A stretch of 64,000 nt of DNA from Candidatus Aenigmatarchaeota archaeon (GCA_038997165.1 JAWBAK010000001.1:192001-256000), one strand, 5' to 3'; counted from the first letter of the stretch, positions 39,707 to 49,899 are shown. Notes: generated by a model not told the origin, from the sequence alone. Translations and numbers: made by a program.

Positions 39707-40746
39707 AGGTTTTAATGATAACACCGGAATTTTCTATAAAAGAAACAAAAGGATTAGCAAGATATTCATACGAAATATATAAAAGATTAAAAAGTTTTGT
39801 TGAAATAGAAACTGTATTTAGAAAACATTTTCATAAAGGTTTTTTAGGTTTTATTTTTAGTATTTTCTATCCAAATTTTATAACTTTAGTAAAAGGGAGA
39901 AAATATGATGTAATTCATGCAACTTCTCCAGAATTAGCATTTATTGCATCAATTTTTTATAGAAAAAAACTTATTGTTACCTTTCATGACTTGTTTCCTA
40001 TTACACATTATAAAAAATTAAAATATAAAGTTGGGATATTAACACATTTATTCTCTTATATTATTTGGAAAATCGCAACAAGAGCAAAAATAATTGTTGC
40101 AAATTCATCATTAACAAAAGAGTATATCGATAAAGTTTTTCATAGAAAAAATAATATTGTAGTAATTAGCGAAGGTGTTAATGAAAATATCAAACAAATA
40201 ACTGAAAAAAACCATATATTAACTCTTTGTTTTGTTGGAAACTTATCATATAGAAAAAGAGTTGATGTTGCTATAAAACTATATAGAAAAATTAGCAAAA
40301 AAGAGAAATGTAAGTTAATAATTGTTGGTGGAAAATTAAAATCTTTATATCAAGTAAATTTTAACTTAGATAAAATTAATGAAGAAAATATTGAAATCTA
40401 TGATAAAGTTAATGAGGAAAAATTAATAGAAATTTACAGTAAATCTCATTTTTTAATTTTTTCATCGATAATAGAAGGTTTTGGTTTACCGATTTTAGAA
40501 GCTGTTAGATGCAAGACTTTGCCTATTACTTTTAAATTTTCAGAAATCCCAAAAGAAGTGAAAAAATTTTCTATAGAGTGTAAGGATTTAGATGATGCTG
40601 CAAAAAAAATAATTAATTTATGGAAAAATAAAAAAAGATTTGAATATATCGCTAATAAATTTTATAAATTATCTTTAAATTTTGATTGGGAAAAAACATG
40701 TAGCAAATACTTAAAAATATATAAAAAGGTTGCTAATTATGGGTAA
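39703..40746 (+). CDS. GT4-family glycosyltransferase
   Basis: TFHD, VGNL..RK, EGFGLPILEA and FDWE. Confidence 0.93.
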   Translation: MKVLMITPEFSIKETKGLARYSYEIYKRLKSFVEIETVFRKHFHKGFLGFIFSIFYPNFITLVKGRKYDVIHATSPELAFIASIFYRKKLIVTFHDLFPITHYKKLKYKVGILTHLFSYIIWKIATRAKIIVANSSLTKEYIDKVFHRKNNIVVISEGVNENIKQITEKNHILTLCFVGNLSYRKRVDVAIKLYRKISKKEKCKLIIVGGKLKSLYQVNFNLDKINEENIEIYDKVNEEKLIEIYSKSHFLIFSSIIEGFGLPILEAVRCKTLPITFKFSEIPKEVKKFSIECKDLDDAAKKIINLWKNKKRFEYIANKFYKLSLNFDWEKTCSKYLKIYKKVANYG

Positions 40747-41740
40747 AATTGAAGAAATTATAAAAATTTTAAAAGAGAGGTTTAACCTTAGTGAAGAAAA
40801 AATTAGAGAGGAAATTAAAGAAAAACTATATGAATTTGGTGGACTAATAAGCGAAGAAGGTGCTGCCATGTTAGTAGCAAGAGAATATGGAATTGACATT
40901 AGAGAAATTAAAACTTTTTCATTTTTAAGCGAATTGGTTAGTGGAATGAGAAATGTAAATGTAAGAGTTAAAGTCTTTAAATCATTACCCCTAAAAGAAT
41001 TTGAAAGAAAAGATGGAACAAAAGGATATGTTAAAATATTTTTAGTTGGAGATTCCTCAGATATTGCAAGATTAGTTTTTTGGAATGAATTTGCTGAAGA
41101 AGCAGAGAATATGAAAATTAAAGATGGTGATATTTTAAAAATATATAATGCAAGAACAAAAGAAAATATCTTTGGAGAAATTGATATAATAGTTGATAAA
41201 AATACTTATATCGAATTTGATAATAAAGATGATTTACCTAGCATAGATGTTTTATTAGAAAAATATTCAAAAGATAAATATCAAAGATTAGAATCTTCAT
41301 TAGATTCTATAGGTTATTATGAAGTTGTTGGAATTATCTCAGCAATATACGGAAGTAATTTTTTCTTTAAAATTTGTCCAATATGTGGAAATAAAGTTGG
41401 TAAAAAAGAAGAAAAATATTTTTGTGATTTACATGGTGAAGTAGAGCCAAAAAATTCGCTTTTTTTAAGATTTGAGGTAAATACTCTTAATGGAAATTTG
41501 AGAGCTGTAGCATTTAGGGAAGTTGCAGAAAAAATTGTAGAAATTAAGACAGAAGAGCTAGAAAAATTTGAAAATTTAAAAGAATTCTTAGAAAACTTAT
41601 TACTAGGTAAAATCATATTAATAAGAGGAAGAGCTAGAAAAAACAAATTTTTAAATGTTATAGAATTGGTTGTTAATGAAGTTGAAAATGTCAATATTGA
41701 AAAAGAAATTGAAAAATTAATTCAATCTATAGAAAATTAA
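40739..41740 (+). CDS. rpa: Replication protein A large subunit (OB folds + Zn finger)
   Basis: [22 protein letters not shown] and CPIC...CDLHG. Confidence 0.9.
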   Translation: MGKIEEIIKILKERFNLSEEKIREEIKEKLYEFGGLISEEGAAMLVAREYGIDIREIKTFSFLSELVSGMRNVNVRVKVFKSLPLKEFERKDGTKGYVKIFLVGDSSDIARLVFWNEFAEEAENMKIKDGDILKIYNARTKENIFGEIDIIVDKNTYIEFDNKDDLPSIDVLLEKYSKDKYQRLESSLDSIGYYEVVGIISAIYGSNFFFKICPICGNKVGKKEEKYFCDLHGEVEPKNSLFLRFEVNTLNGNLRAVAFREVAEKIVEIKTEELEKFENLKEFLENLLLGKIILIRGRARKNKFLNVIELVVNEVENVNIEKEIEKLIQSIEN

Positions 41741-41745
41741 ATATT

Positions 41746-42702
41746 ATGGAAGAAGAGAAAATTTCGCTTAAAGATATTAAAGGTATTGGACCAAAAATTT
41801 TGAAAAGATTAGAAGAATTAAAAATTAGTGATCCTATGATTATAGCAATGAGTAATCCAAAAGAATTATCTGCGATATTAGATATTGGTGAAGAAAAAGC
41901 AAAAGAAATTATCGAAAATGTAAGAGAAGCTCTAGGTTTTAAGTTAGAAACTGCTGATAAAGTTTTAGAAAGAAGAATGAAAATGAAAAAAATTACAACT
42001 TCTTCAAAAGCATTAGATGAATTGCTTGGTGGTGGTATTCCTACACAAGCAATAACAGAAGCTTTTGGAATGTTTGGTAGTGGAAAAACTCAGCTTGCAT
42101 TTCAGCTTGCAATTAATGTTCAATTACCAGAAGAACAAGGTGGATTAGAAAGAGCTTGTTTGTTTATAGATAGTGAAGGTACATTTAGTCCAGAAAGAAT
42201 AGTAGAAATATCGAAAAATAGAGGATTAGATGCTGATAAAATTTTAAAAAATATTTATGTTGCAAGAGCTTATAGCAGTGAACATCAAATACTTTTAGTT
42301 GAAAAAGCCGCTGAAATTATTAAAGAAAAAAACATCGGATTAATAATAGTAGATTCTATAACATCTCATTTTAGAGTTGATTATATAGGAAGGGGGGAAT
42401 TAGCAGAAAGACAACAAAAATTAAACAAACACTTACATCAGCTACAAAGATTAGCAGATGCATTTAATTTGGCTGTTTATATTACAAATCAAGTAATGGC
42501 AAGACCAGATATTATATTCGGTGATCCGACACAACCTGTTGGTGGTCACGTTTTAGCACATATCTCCTTTTATAGAATTTATTTAAGGAAATCGAAACAA
42601 AATTTAAGAATAGCAAGATTGGTTGATGCACCTAATTTACCTGAAAGAGAAGTTGTCTTTCAAATAACTGAAAAAGGTATTGAAGATTATGAAGAAAAAT
42701 GA
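41746..42702 (+). CDS. radA: DNA repair recombinase RadA
   Basis: [28 protein letters not shown] and TNQV. No intein. Confidence 0.98.
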   Translation: MEEEKISLKDIKGIGPKILKRLEELKISDPMIIAMSNPKELSAILDIGEEKAKEIIENVREALGFKLETADKVLERRMKMKKITTSSKALDELLGGGIPTQAITEAFGMFGSGKTQLAFQLAINVQLPEEQGGLERACLFIDSEGTFSPERIVEISKNRGLDADKILKNIYVARAYSSEHQILLVEKAAEIIKEKNIGLIIVDSITSHFRVDYIGRGELAERQQKLNKHLHQLQRLADAFNLAVYITNQVMARPDIIFGDPTQPVGGHVLAHISFYRIYLRKSKQNLRIARLVDAPNLPEREVVFQITEKGIEDYEEK

Positions 42703-43304
42703 TTATATATAGAGGTGCTGAAGCCATAATAGAAAAGATAGATGAAAACACAATTGTGAAAAAAAGAATAGAAAAAAAATATAGATTAAGAGAAATAGAT
42801 GAAAAAATAAGAAAGGAAAGAACAAAAAAAGAAGTTAAGTTTTTAAGGGAAGTTAGAAGATTTGGAATTAATGCTCCTAAAGTTTTAGAAGTTAGTGATT
42901 TCGAGTTTAAAATGGAATATATAAATGGAAAAAAATTAAAAGATATTTTAAATAAAGAAAATTTTAATTTTTTTGCAGAAGAAATAGGAAAGATTGTTGC
43001 GAATTTACATTTACATAATATAGTTCATAATGATTTAACCTTATCTAACATGATTTATTATGAAAATAAAATTTATTTAATAGATTTTGGTCTAGCAAAT
43101 TATTCTGTTTCAATTGAAAATAAAGCAGAAGATGTTTTAACACTTTATTATTCAATAAAATCTCTTTTCCCAGAAATATATGAAGATTTTTTTAGAATTT
43201 TTAAAGATACTTACACTAAGTTATATCCTAATGGTAATAATGTTATAGAAAGAATGAAAGAAATATTAAAAAGAGGAAGATATTCGATAAGAAATGGTAA
43301 CTAA
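42699..43304 (+). CDS. bud32: KEOPS kinase Bud32
   Basis: GAEA, HNDLT.SN, IDFGL and RGRY. Confidence 0.95.
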   Translation: MIIYRGAEAIIEKIDENTIVKKRIEKKYRLREIDEKIRKERTKKEVKFLREVRRFGINAPKVLEVSDFEFKMEYINGKKLKDILNKENFNFFAEEIGKIVANLHLHNIVHNDLTLSNMIYYENKIYLIDFGLANYSVSIENKAEDVLTLYYSIKSLFPEIYEDFFRIFKDTYTKLYPNGNNVIERMKEILKRGRYSIRNGN

Positions 43305-43566
43305 AAAATCTCTTGTAGAAGTATTATTTAAAGATAAGCCTTTAAAAGTACTTTTAGTATTATCTGATGGTATTCCAAAAAATATTACACAAATATATAA
43401 AAAAGTAAGAACAACTTATTCACATACGTTGAACATTCTTAAAGTTTTTTATGAGTTAGAATTAATAGAATTTGAAAAAATGGGAAGAGATAAAGTTGTT
43501 AGATTATCAAAAAAAGGAGAAAAAATTATTGAAATTATTAAGAAATTTTTAGGATATTTAGATTAG
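43294..43566 (+). CDS. Winged-helix DNA-binding protein
   Basis: NITQIYKKVRTTYSH...LIEFEKMGRDKVVRLSKKG. Confidence 0.85.
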   Translation: MVTKKSLVEVLFKDKPLKVLLVLSDGIPKNITQIYKKVRTTYSHTLNILKVFYELELIEFEKMGRDKVVRLSKKGEKIIEIIKKFLGYLD

Positions 43567-43691
43567 TTTCCAATATTTTTTATGAAAATTCGGAATTTTT
43601 TTATGAACTTTCAAATATTTTTTATGAACTTTCCAATATTTTTTATGAAAATTCGGAATTTTTTTATGAACTTTCAAATATTTTTTATGAA
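43566..43691. repeat. Six tandem 21-bp repeats (ABC-ABC), iteron-like
   Basis: Units (G/C)TTTCCAATATTTTTTATGAA, AATTCGGAATTTTTTTATGAA and CTTTCAAATATTTTTTATGAA each occur twice. ATGAA recurs at 43582, 43603, 43624, 43645, 43666 and 43687. Confidence 0.95.
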
Positions 43692-43927
43692 ATCTCAGAA
43701 AGATATCAAAGTAATAAAGTAATAATAGGGAAAAAACTATAAAGAATAAATTTTTAATTAATTTTTAGTTTTTTAAATACTATAACAGTGTAATATTTTA
43801 GTTATAATTAAAAAGAATTTAACAAGAAAAATAAGAAGAGTTAAATAGAGTTATAAGAATATAAAAAATAATAAATTATTATAATAAAATTATTACTCAA
43901 AAAGAAATTGGAAAAATCATAAAAAAT
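43566..43927. other. Candidate replication origin (iterons + AT-rich tract + inverted repeat copy)
   Basis: Inverted 19/21 copy ATTGGAAAAATCATAAAAAAT at 43907..43927. This is the largest non-coding gap in the window and lies inside a replication gene cluster. Confidence 0.5.
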
Positions 43928-43945
43928 CAACTAATTTAATTATTT

Positions 43946-44212
43946 ATGAGGAGGGGAAGACCATCAAAAAGATTTGAGATATATAAATTAATAGAAGAAT
44001 ATTTTAAAGAAAATCCATTTCCTTCCAACATAAATAGAATTTTGAGGTATGTTTATGAAAAAACAGGACAAAAATATAGTTGGAACACATTTAAAAAGTA
44101 TTTAGAAGAATTGGCTAAGTTAGATAAAATTAAAAGAATAAAATTACCTCATTCTAAAATAAAAGATAAAGAAGGTTTAACATTATATTACTTAGAAATA
44201 AAAAATGAATAG
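43946..44212 (+). CDS. AT-hook + winged-helix protein
   Basis: N-terminal RRGRP; recognition helix SWNTFKKYLEEL and a wing ending LYYL. Confidence 0.8.
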   Translation: MRRGRPSKRFEIYKLIEEYFKENPFPSNINRILRYVYEKTGQKYSWNTFKKYLEELAKLDKIKRIKLPHSKIKDKEGLTLYYLEIKNE

Positions 44213-45179
44213 AATATTTGAGTTAATGAAAAAGGGTTATTTTGTTCAAGATCCTCAAATACTTTCATTAATGGATGATGAGGAATTCAAAAAATTTTTA
44301 CTTTTTTTACCAAAATCAAACGAACCAAGAATTTTAAAAAAAGAGGATGTTATTACTTTTTTGCAAAAAATAAGAAGAGAAATTTCTATTAGAATTTTCG
44401 AGCCACAAATAAAACAAAAAATATCGAACCTAGATTTATTAAATATTTTAAGAGAAAGATATAATTTTTTATCATCAATTATAAAAAAGAAGCTACTATT
44501 TTTTAATTTACTTTCTATAAATAAAATTTCAAAAAAATATAGAACATTTTCTCTTATAGGTATGGTTTACGAGATTAATGGTAAAAAAATTACAATAGAT
44601 GATTTATCATCGAAAATAGATATTTGGATAGAGGATGAAGAAAAATTAAAATTAATAGAGGAAGATTGCGTTATTGGGGTCAAATGTTATTGGAAAAACG
44701 ATGAAATTTATGTTAATGAAGTTATTTTTCCAGAGTTTGAAGAAAAAAACAATTTAGAAGAAGTAAAAGAGTTTAGAATAGGAATTTTTAATAAAGATAT
44801 TGATATTGATGTCGATATCGTTATACAGCTGGATAAAGAAAACAAGATTTTAAAAAATAAAGTATATGTAAACTCTTCATTTCCTGTTCACCAAATTTAT
44901 GTTAATAACTCATTAATATTGATAATAAATCTTAGACATGTAAAATTTAATATAAACAAATTCTTAAAGTTAAGATTAGTAACTTCTAAATCACAAGAAA
45001 TACTAAATTTTGGTGGAGATTTTTTCTTAATAAAAAATAAACCAAGTTTAATTATAACTTTAAATTCTAATAAAGAAGAAATAAATAAGATAGATGATAT
45101 TTTTTTAGTTAATTTAACTAATTTATCAGAAAACAACTATTTTATCGATTTAAAGGAAGAAAAAATTTTCAAAGTTTAA
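44205..45179 (+). CDS. PolD DP1-like / B-subunit-like protein with eroded phosphoesterase domain
   Basis: LRERYNFLSSII...SLIGMVYE...IDDLSSKI...EDCVIGVK...EVIFPE resembles the DP1 OB region. The SDxH, GNHD and GHxH motifs are absent. Confidence 0.7.
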   Translation: MNRIFELMKKGYFVQDPQILSLMDDEEFKKFLLFLPKSNEPRILKKEDVITFLQKIRREISIRIFEPQIKQKISNLDLLNILRERYNFLSSIIKKKLLFFNLLSINKISKKYRTFSLIGMVYEINGKKITIDDLSSKIDIWIEDEEKLKLIEEDCVIGVKCYWKNDEIYVNEVIFPEFEEKNNLEEVKEFRIGIFNKDIDIDVDIVIQLDKENKILKNKVYVNSSFPVHQIYVNNSLILIINLRHVKFNINKFLKLRLVTSKSQEILNFGGDFFLIKNKPSLIITLNSNKEEINKIDDIFLVNLTNLSENNYFIDLKEEKIFKV

Positions 45180-45234
45180 ATTAACTATAATAAAGGATAG
45201 AAAAAAATATTTGAAAGAAGAATAAAAAAATATC

Positions 45235-47949
45235 ATGAATACTAAAATTTTTCTTTTGGATGTTGATTATGATGTTGTTGATGATAAACCGATAATTAGA
45301 ATTTTTGGAAAAGATGAGAGTGGCAATTCTATAACTGTTTTTGTTAGAGATTTTTTCCCATATTTTTATGTAAAAGTTAAAGATGAAGAAAAGTTTTTAG
45401 AGTTCTTAGAAAAAAAATTTAAAAATTTAATAGTTAAAGTCGATACTGTAGAGAAATTCTTACCCATAGGTTACCAAGAGGAAAGAACAAAATTATTTAG
45501 AATATTTTTAAAGAATCCATCAAAAGTTCCACTAATTAGAGAGGAATTAATGTTACAAGATTTCGTTGAAAATACGTACGAAGCCGATATTCTTTTTAAG
45601 TATAGATTTATGGCAGATAAAAATCTTAGTGGCTGTAAATGGTATGAAGTAGAAGGAATTTTTGTTAATAATACAAATGTTGTATTTACAAATAAAAAAA
45701 TAGAGGCATCAAATATTAAAGAGATAGATTATCATGAAATTCCTAAGTTTAAGATTTTATCAATTGATATAGAAGTTGCCAATAAAGAAGGTATTCCAGA
45801 TCCAAAAATTCATCCAATTAGTATAATTTCATTAGCTTTTTATCCAGAATACAATGAAAAGAGAAATCTAGTTTTAATTTCTAAAAAAGTAAGCGTAGAT
45901 TTAGAATATGTTTTATCGTTTGAGAACGAGAAAAAAATGTTAGAAAGTTTTATTAATATAATTAAAGATTATGATCCAGACTTTATAATTGGATATAATA
46001 TTAACAATTTTGATATCCCTTATATAATTGAAAGATTAAGACAAAACAAAATAAAACCATATTTAGGAAGAGCAAAAAAAGTTGCAAAAAGTCAAAGAAT
46101 AAGCGAAGAGAGATATAAAAATTCTATTGTAGGGAGAGTAATCATAGATTTTTATGATATTTTAAAAGAATTTTCTAAAAAAGGTATGTTTAAGACAAAA
46201 AGATTAGGTTTAGGTGATGTAGCAAAAGTATTAATAGGTAGAGGAAAAGAAGATGTAGAACATAGTGAAATAATCAAACTATGGAATGGAGATGAAAAAG
46301 ATTTAGTAAGGCTTATAAATTATGCAAAAACTGATGCTGAATTAGTTTTAGAAATAATGCTTAGTAGAGATTTTATTTCTCAATATATAGAAATTTCTAG
46401 GTTAAGTGGTTTATTATTACAAGATACTTTATCTGGTTCTGAATCTTCCAGAATAGAACAATTTCTTTTAAAAGAATTTAACAAAAATAATTTTGTAATT
46501 CCTAACAAACCAAACAAAAGAGAATTAAAAGAAAGAGAAAAACAAGAAGTTAAAGGTGCTATAGTTTTAGAACCAAAAATAGGTTTGCACGAATTTGTTG
46601 CTTATCTCGATTTTAAATCTCTATATCCAAGTATAATAATAGAATATAACATTTGTCCAACAACTTATTTAAAAAATAGAAAAGAAGGAGTGGATTTAAT
46701 TATATCTCCAATTAACACATATTTTGTTTCAAAAAACGTTAGAGAGGGAATATTTCCAAGAGTTTTAAAGAGATTAATAGAAGAAAGAGATAAGATTAAA
46801 AAGATGATGAAAGATGAAAAAGATCCAAACAAAAAGATTTTATTGGAAGCAAAACAATTGGCACTAAAATTATTGGCAAACGCATTTTATGGATATACTG
46901 GATTTTTAAAAGCTAGATTTTTTGTAGCTGATATAGCAAATACTATAACAGCTTATGGAAGATATTGGATTACTAATGTTAAAAAATTTGCCGAAGAAAT
47001 GGGATATGAAGTTGTTTATGGTGATACAGATTCTATAATGGTAAAAACAAATGCAAAAAGTTTGGAAGAGGCTTTCAAAATTGGAACAGAATTAGAAAAA
47101 TTAATTAATTCAAAAACACCTCAAAACATTAAAATGAAAATAGAAGGAATAATGAAAAAAATTCTTTTTGTAACAAAAAAGAAGTATGTTGGTTATTTAT
47201 TTGAAAGTGAAAAAGAAGATGGCAAAATAGTAATGAAAGGAATTGAAACTATAAGAAGGGATTGGTGCGAATTAGTTTCGGAAACTTTATCAAAAGTTAT
47301 AGAAATTTTATTGATTACTGGAAGCGAAAAAGAAGCTTTTGAATATGTTAGAGAGGTTTTTAGAAAGTTAAGAAATAATGAAATAGATGTAGAAAAGCTT
47401 GCTATAATTAAATCAATTTCAAGACCTCTTAACAAATATAAGGGTCAGCAACCGCATATAGAGCTTGTCAAAAAAATGATACGAAGAGGGGATCCAAACA
47501 TTCCGGGAGTTGGAGATAGAGTTAGTTATATTATAGTCGCCGGTCCACAAAAAATTGTTGAAAGAGCAGAGAGCGTTGAATATGTAAAAAAATACAAAAT
47601 ACCAATTGATGCTGAATACTATATTTATCATCAGTTATTACCACCTCTAGAAAGAATATTTAATGCTATTGGAATAACATCTTCTCAATTTATTACAGGT
47701 ACTAAACAAAAATCTATTATTGGAATTTTACTTCAAAACGGAAATGGAGCTAATAAAAATCATTCTAATGCAGGTATTAAACAAGGATTTATTAATGAAA
47801 TAAATATAAAGGAGTTTGTTGGATTCGTGTGTAGTAATTGTAATAGCGTTTATAAAAGAATGCCATTAAGTGGAATATGTAATTTGTGTAATGGAGAAAT
47901 TGTTTTTTATTCTGCTAATGCGAAATCAAAGATTATTTCATTAGATTAA
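45235..47949 (+). CDS. polB: Family B DNA polymerase with C-terminal Zn finger
   Basis: Exonuclease motifs DIE, YNINNFD and YAKTD; polymerase motifs DFKSLYPS, KLLANAFYG and YGDTDS; C-terminal CSNC...CNLC. Confidence 0.98.
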   Translation: MNTKIFLLDVDYDVVDDKPIIRIFGKDESGNSITVFVRDFFPYFYVKVKDEEKFLEFLEKKFKNLIVKVDTVEKFLPIGYQEERTKLFRIFLKNPSKVPLIREELMLQDFVENTYEADILFKYRFMADKNLSGCKWYEVEGIFVNNTNVVFTNKKIEASNIKEIDYHEIPKFKILSIDIEVANKEGIPDPKIHPISIISLAFYPEYNEKRNLVLISKKVSVDLEYVLSFENEKKMLESFINIIKDYDPDFIIGYNINNFDIPYIIERLRQNKIKPYLGRAKKVAKSQRISEERYKNSIVGRVIIDFYDILKEFSKKGMFKTKRLGLGDVAKVLIGRGKEDVEHSEIIKLWNGDEKDLVRLINYAKTDAELVLEIMLSRDFISQYIEISRLSGLLLQDTLSGSESSRIEQFLLKEFNKNNFVIPNKPNKRELKEREKQEVKGAIVLEPKIGLHEFVAYLDFKSLYPSIIIEYNICPTTYLKNRKEGVDLIISPINTYFVSKNVREGIFPRVLKRLIEERDKIKKMMKDEKDPNKKILLEAKQLALKLLANAFYGYTGFLKARFFVADIANTITAYGRYWITNVKKFAEEMGYEVVYGDTDSIMVKTNAKSLEEAFKIGTELEKLINSKTPQNIKMKIEGIMKKILFVTKKKYVGYLFESEKEDGKIVMKGIETIRRDWCELVSETLSKVIEILLITGSEKEAFEYVREVFRKLRNNEIDVEKLAIIKSISRPLNKYKGQQPHIELVKKMIRRGDPNIPGVGDRVSYIIVAGPQKIVERAESVEYVKKYKIPIDAEYYIYHQLLPPLERIFNAIGITSSQFITGTKQKSIIGILLQNGNGANKNHSNAGIKQGFINEINIKEFVGFVCSNCNSVYKRMPLSGICNLCNGEIVFYSANAKSKIISLD

Positions 47950-47984
47950 TATATTAAAATTTTAAAACTAAATAATTTAGAAAT

Positions 47985-48548
47985 ATGAATATAAAAGAAA
48001 TAATTAGTCTAGTAGATGAAACAATTTTTAATTTTATTAGTTTTTTCGATTTTTCTAAAGTATATTTTTTATCATTTTTAAGTTATTATTTTTTTTATCT
48101 AATATTTTTGATTTTTGCAATTTATATTTATTTTTTTGAAAGAAAAACAAAAATTCTAAATTTGTTAATTTTTTTATCTATTTTTGGTTTTTTAATAATT
48201 TATCTTATAAAGTATGCAGTAAAAAGAGAAAGACCATATGGTATAATAGAAAAGATAGATTATTCTTTCCCTTCTTCTCATTCATATTTTGCGATTTTAA
48301 TTATTTTATTTTCATATTTCTATCTTCGAAACTATATTTTCAAATCGTTATTTATTCTCTTCGGTCTTTTTTCAATTTTTTCTATTATAATTCTTAAAAT
48401 TCATTATTTCTCTGATGTAATCTTTTCAATTTTTCTCTCTTTATTTTTATTCTATCTTTTTAATAATAAAGATTTTTTGATAAAATATATAGAAAAGCTA
48501 CAAGAAGTAAAGAAAAAGAAATTAAACTATTTGAAAAAAACAAAATAA
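47985..48548 (+). CDS. PAP2-family membrane phosphatase
   Basis: K...KRERP, SFPSSH and HYFSDV. Confidence 0.92.
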   Translation: MNIKEIISLVDETIFNFISFFDFSKVYFLSFLSYYFFYLIFLIFAIYIYFFERKTKILNLLIFLSIFGFLIIYLIKYAVKRERPYGIIEKIDYSFPSSHSYFAILIILFSYFYLRNYIFKSLFILFGLFSIFSIIILKIHYFSDVIFSIFLSLFLFYLFNNKDFLIKYIEKLQEVKKKKLNYLKKTK

Positions 48549-49896
48549 GAGAAATAGATACGTAAATTAATAATGCAATTACTTCAAAATTTTTAAATCT
48601 ATTTATAAACAGATTTATAAGAACAAAAAAACTTAAAGATAGGAAAAGAGCTGAGAAGGAAAAGTAAATTTTTTGAAGATAAAATAAGAAGAAAAGAGTT
48701 GAAATGAACGTATAAAATATAAGTCTAAAGTCAATAGTTTTTTTATTTAAAAAAGTAAAGAAAAAGAGTATTGAAAAAAAGATTGGTATAGTTAGCGGAA
48801 AGAATAAAGATAAAATTATAAAAGGTAAGAAATAAAACAAACTTAAATCTTTAGTTTTTAAAAAGAAAAAAATAAATAAAATAAGAAATGCAATTAAGAA
48901 AATAATATCTAATTTTAAAATTTTAAAATATCTTTCTATTTTTATTTCTTCAGTTTTTAGAACTTGTATAGCTATTGTTTTTTTTAGTTCATTAGGATTT
49001 TCTAAGTTTATTAATAAAATAGAAATATAATTTTCATAGTTTCTATATGGTAAGGGATAGCTTAAAATAGTTATATTGTTAATCTTTATAACTAATTTGG
49101 CATCATAATACTTCTCCAGTTGAACTAATTTAAAAGGAACTTCTTTAAGATTTTCTAATAATATTTTACTACCATTTTGATTTATTTTAAATGTTATGTT
49201 TACGAAGTTAATTGCAACAGGATAAAAATATCTGATTTTAAAGTCAAAATCTTCTATAAAATCTTGATTAAATAAATATTTTCTAACAGTTACATTTTTT
49301 TCTCCTATAATAACTTCATCAAAAATTTTATATAATTCATTTATATGAAGCTCTTTATCCATTAATTTTACAGTTTCGTTTTCTTTTTCTAAATCTCTTT
49401 CTAAATAAAAATCTAATTTTCCAGGAGTTGTTAATAACAAATATATTTTCTTATCGTATGGTAAAATTATTTTATCAAAATCTATAAGAAAATAATTATA
49501 ACCTAACAAATTAAGTATTTTTAAATTTTTTTCGTTATTTTCTAAAACAATTCTTTCTAGATTTATTGGTTTAAAATATGTTGTTTTTTCAATTTCTATT
49601 ACTTCTATGTCAAAATCTTCAAGTGCAGTACATCTAACAATTTTATTATCTACTATAATGAAAAATGTTTGATTTGGTTTTAGCTCTTTTTTTGCATTTT
49701 CAAAATCTTCAATAGTTTTTATATCTATATTGTTTATAGAAGATATTTTACTTCCAATTTTTATGATTTCTTCGCATTCAACATTTCTAAAATCTTTAAT
49801 TACAATTTCTGTTGTAGGTTTAGATAAAAAAAGAAAAAGTAATGGAATGATTAATGAAAGTACTAGTATTAAAATTTTTGATAAATTTTCTTTCAT
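48460..49896 (-). CDS. Membrane protein with PDZ-like domain, SecD-like topology (divergent)
   Basis: One N-terminal TM, PDZ-like IGSKISSINNIDIKTIEDF, a large external domain and about 5-6 C-terminal TMs. Confidence 0.45.
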   Translation of the reverse strand: MKENLSKILILVLSLIIPLLFLFLSKPTTEIVIKDFRNVECEEIIKIGSKISSINNIDIKTIEDFENAKKELKPNQTFFIIVDNKIVRCTALEDFDIEVIEIEKTTYFKPINLERIVLENNEKNLKILNLLGYNYFLIDFDKIILPYDKKIYLLLTTPGKLDFYLERDLEKENETVKLMDKELHINELYKIFDEVIIGEKNVTVRKYLFNQDFIEDFDFKIRYFYPVAINFVNITFKINQNGSKILLENLKEVPFKLVQLEKYYDAKLVIKINNITILSYPLPYRNYENYISILLINLENPNELKKTIAIQVLKTEEIKIERYFKILKLDIIFLIAFLILFIFFFLKTKDLSLFYFLPFIILSLFFPLTIPIFFSILFFFTFLNKKTIDFRLIFYTFISTLFFLFYLQKIYFSFSALFLSLSFFVLINLFINRFKNFEVIALLIYVSISLILFFSNSLISFSLLLVAFLYILSKNLYY

Positions 49897-49899
49897 ATT

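Noticed and set aside
43566..43691. Repeat array as a CRISPR array
   Set aside because: The units are contiguous with no unique spacers, the variable parts themselves repeat (ABC-ABC), and no cas1 or cas2 is present.
41746..47949. Inteins in RadA or PolB
   Set aside because: The catalytic motifs are contiguous and the core lengths are normal. The extra PolB length is the C-terminal Zn-finger tail.
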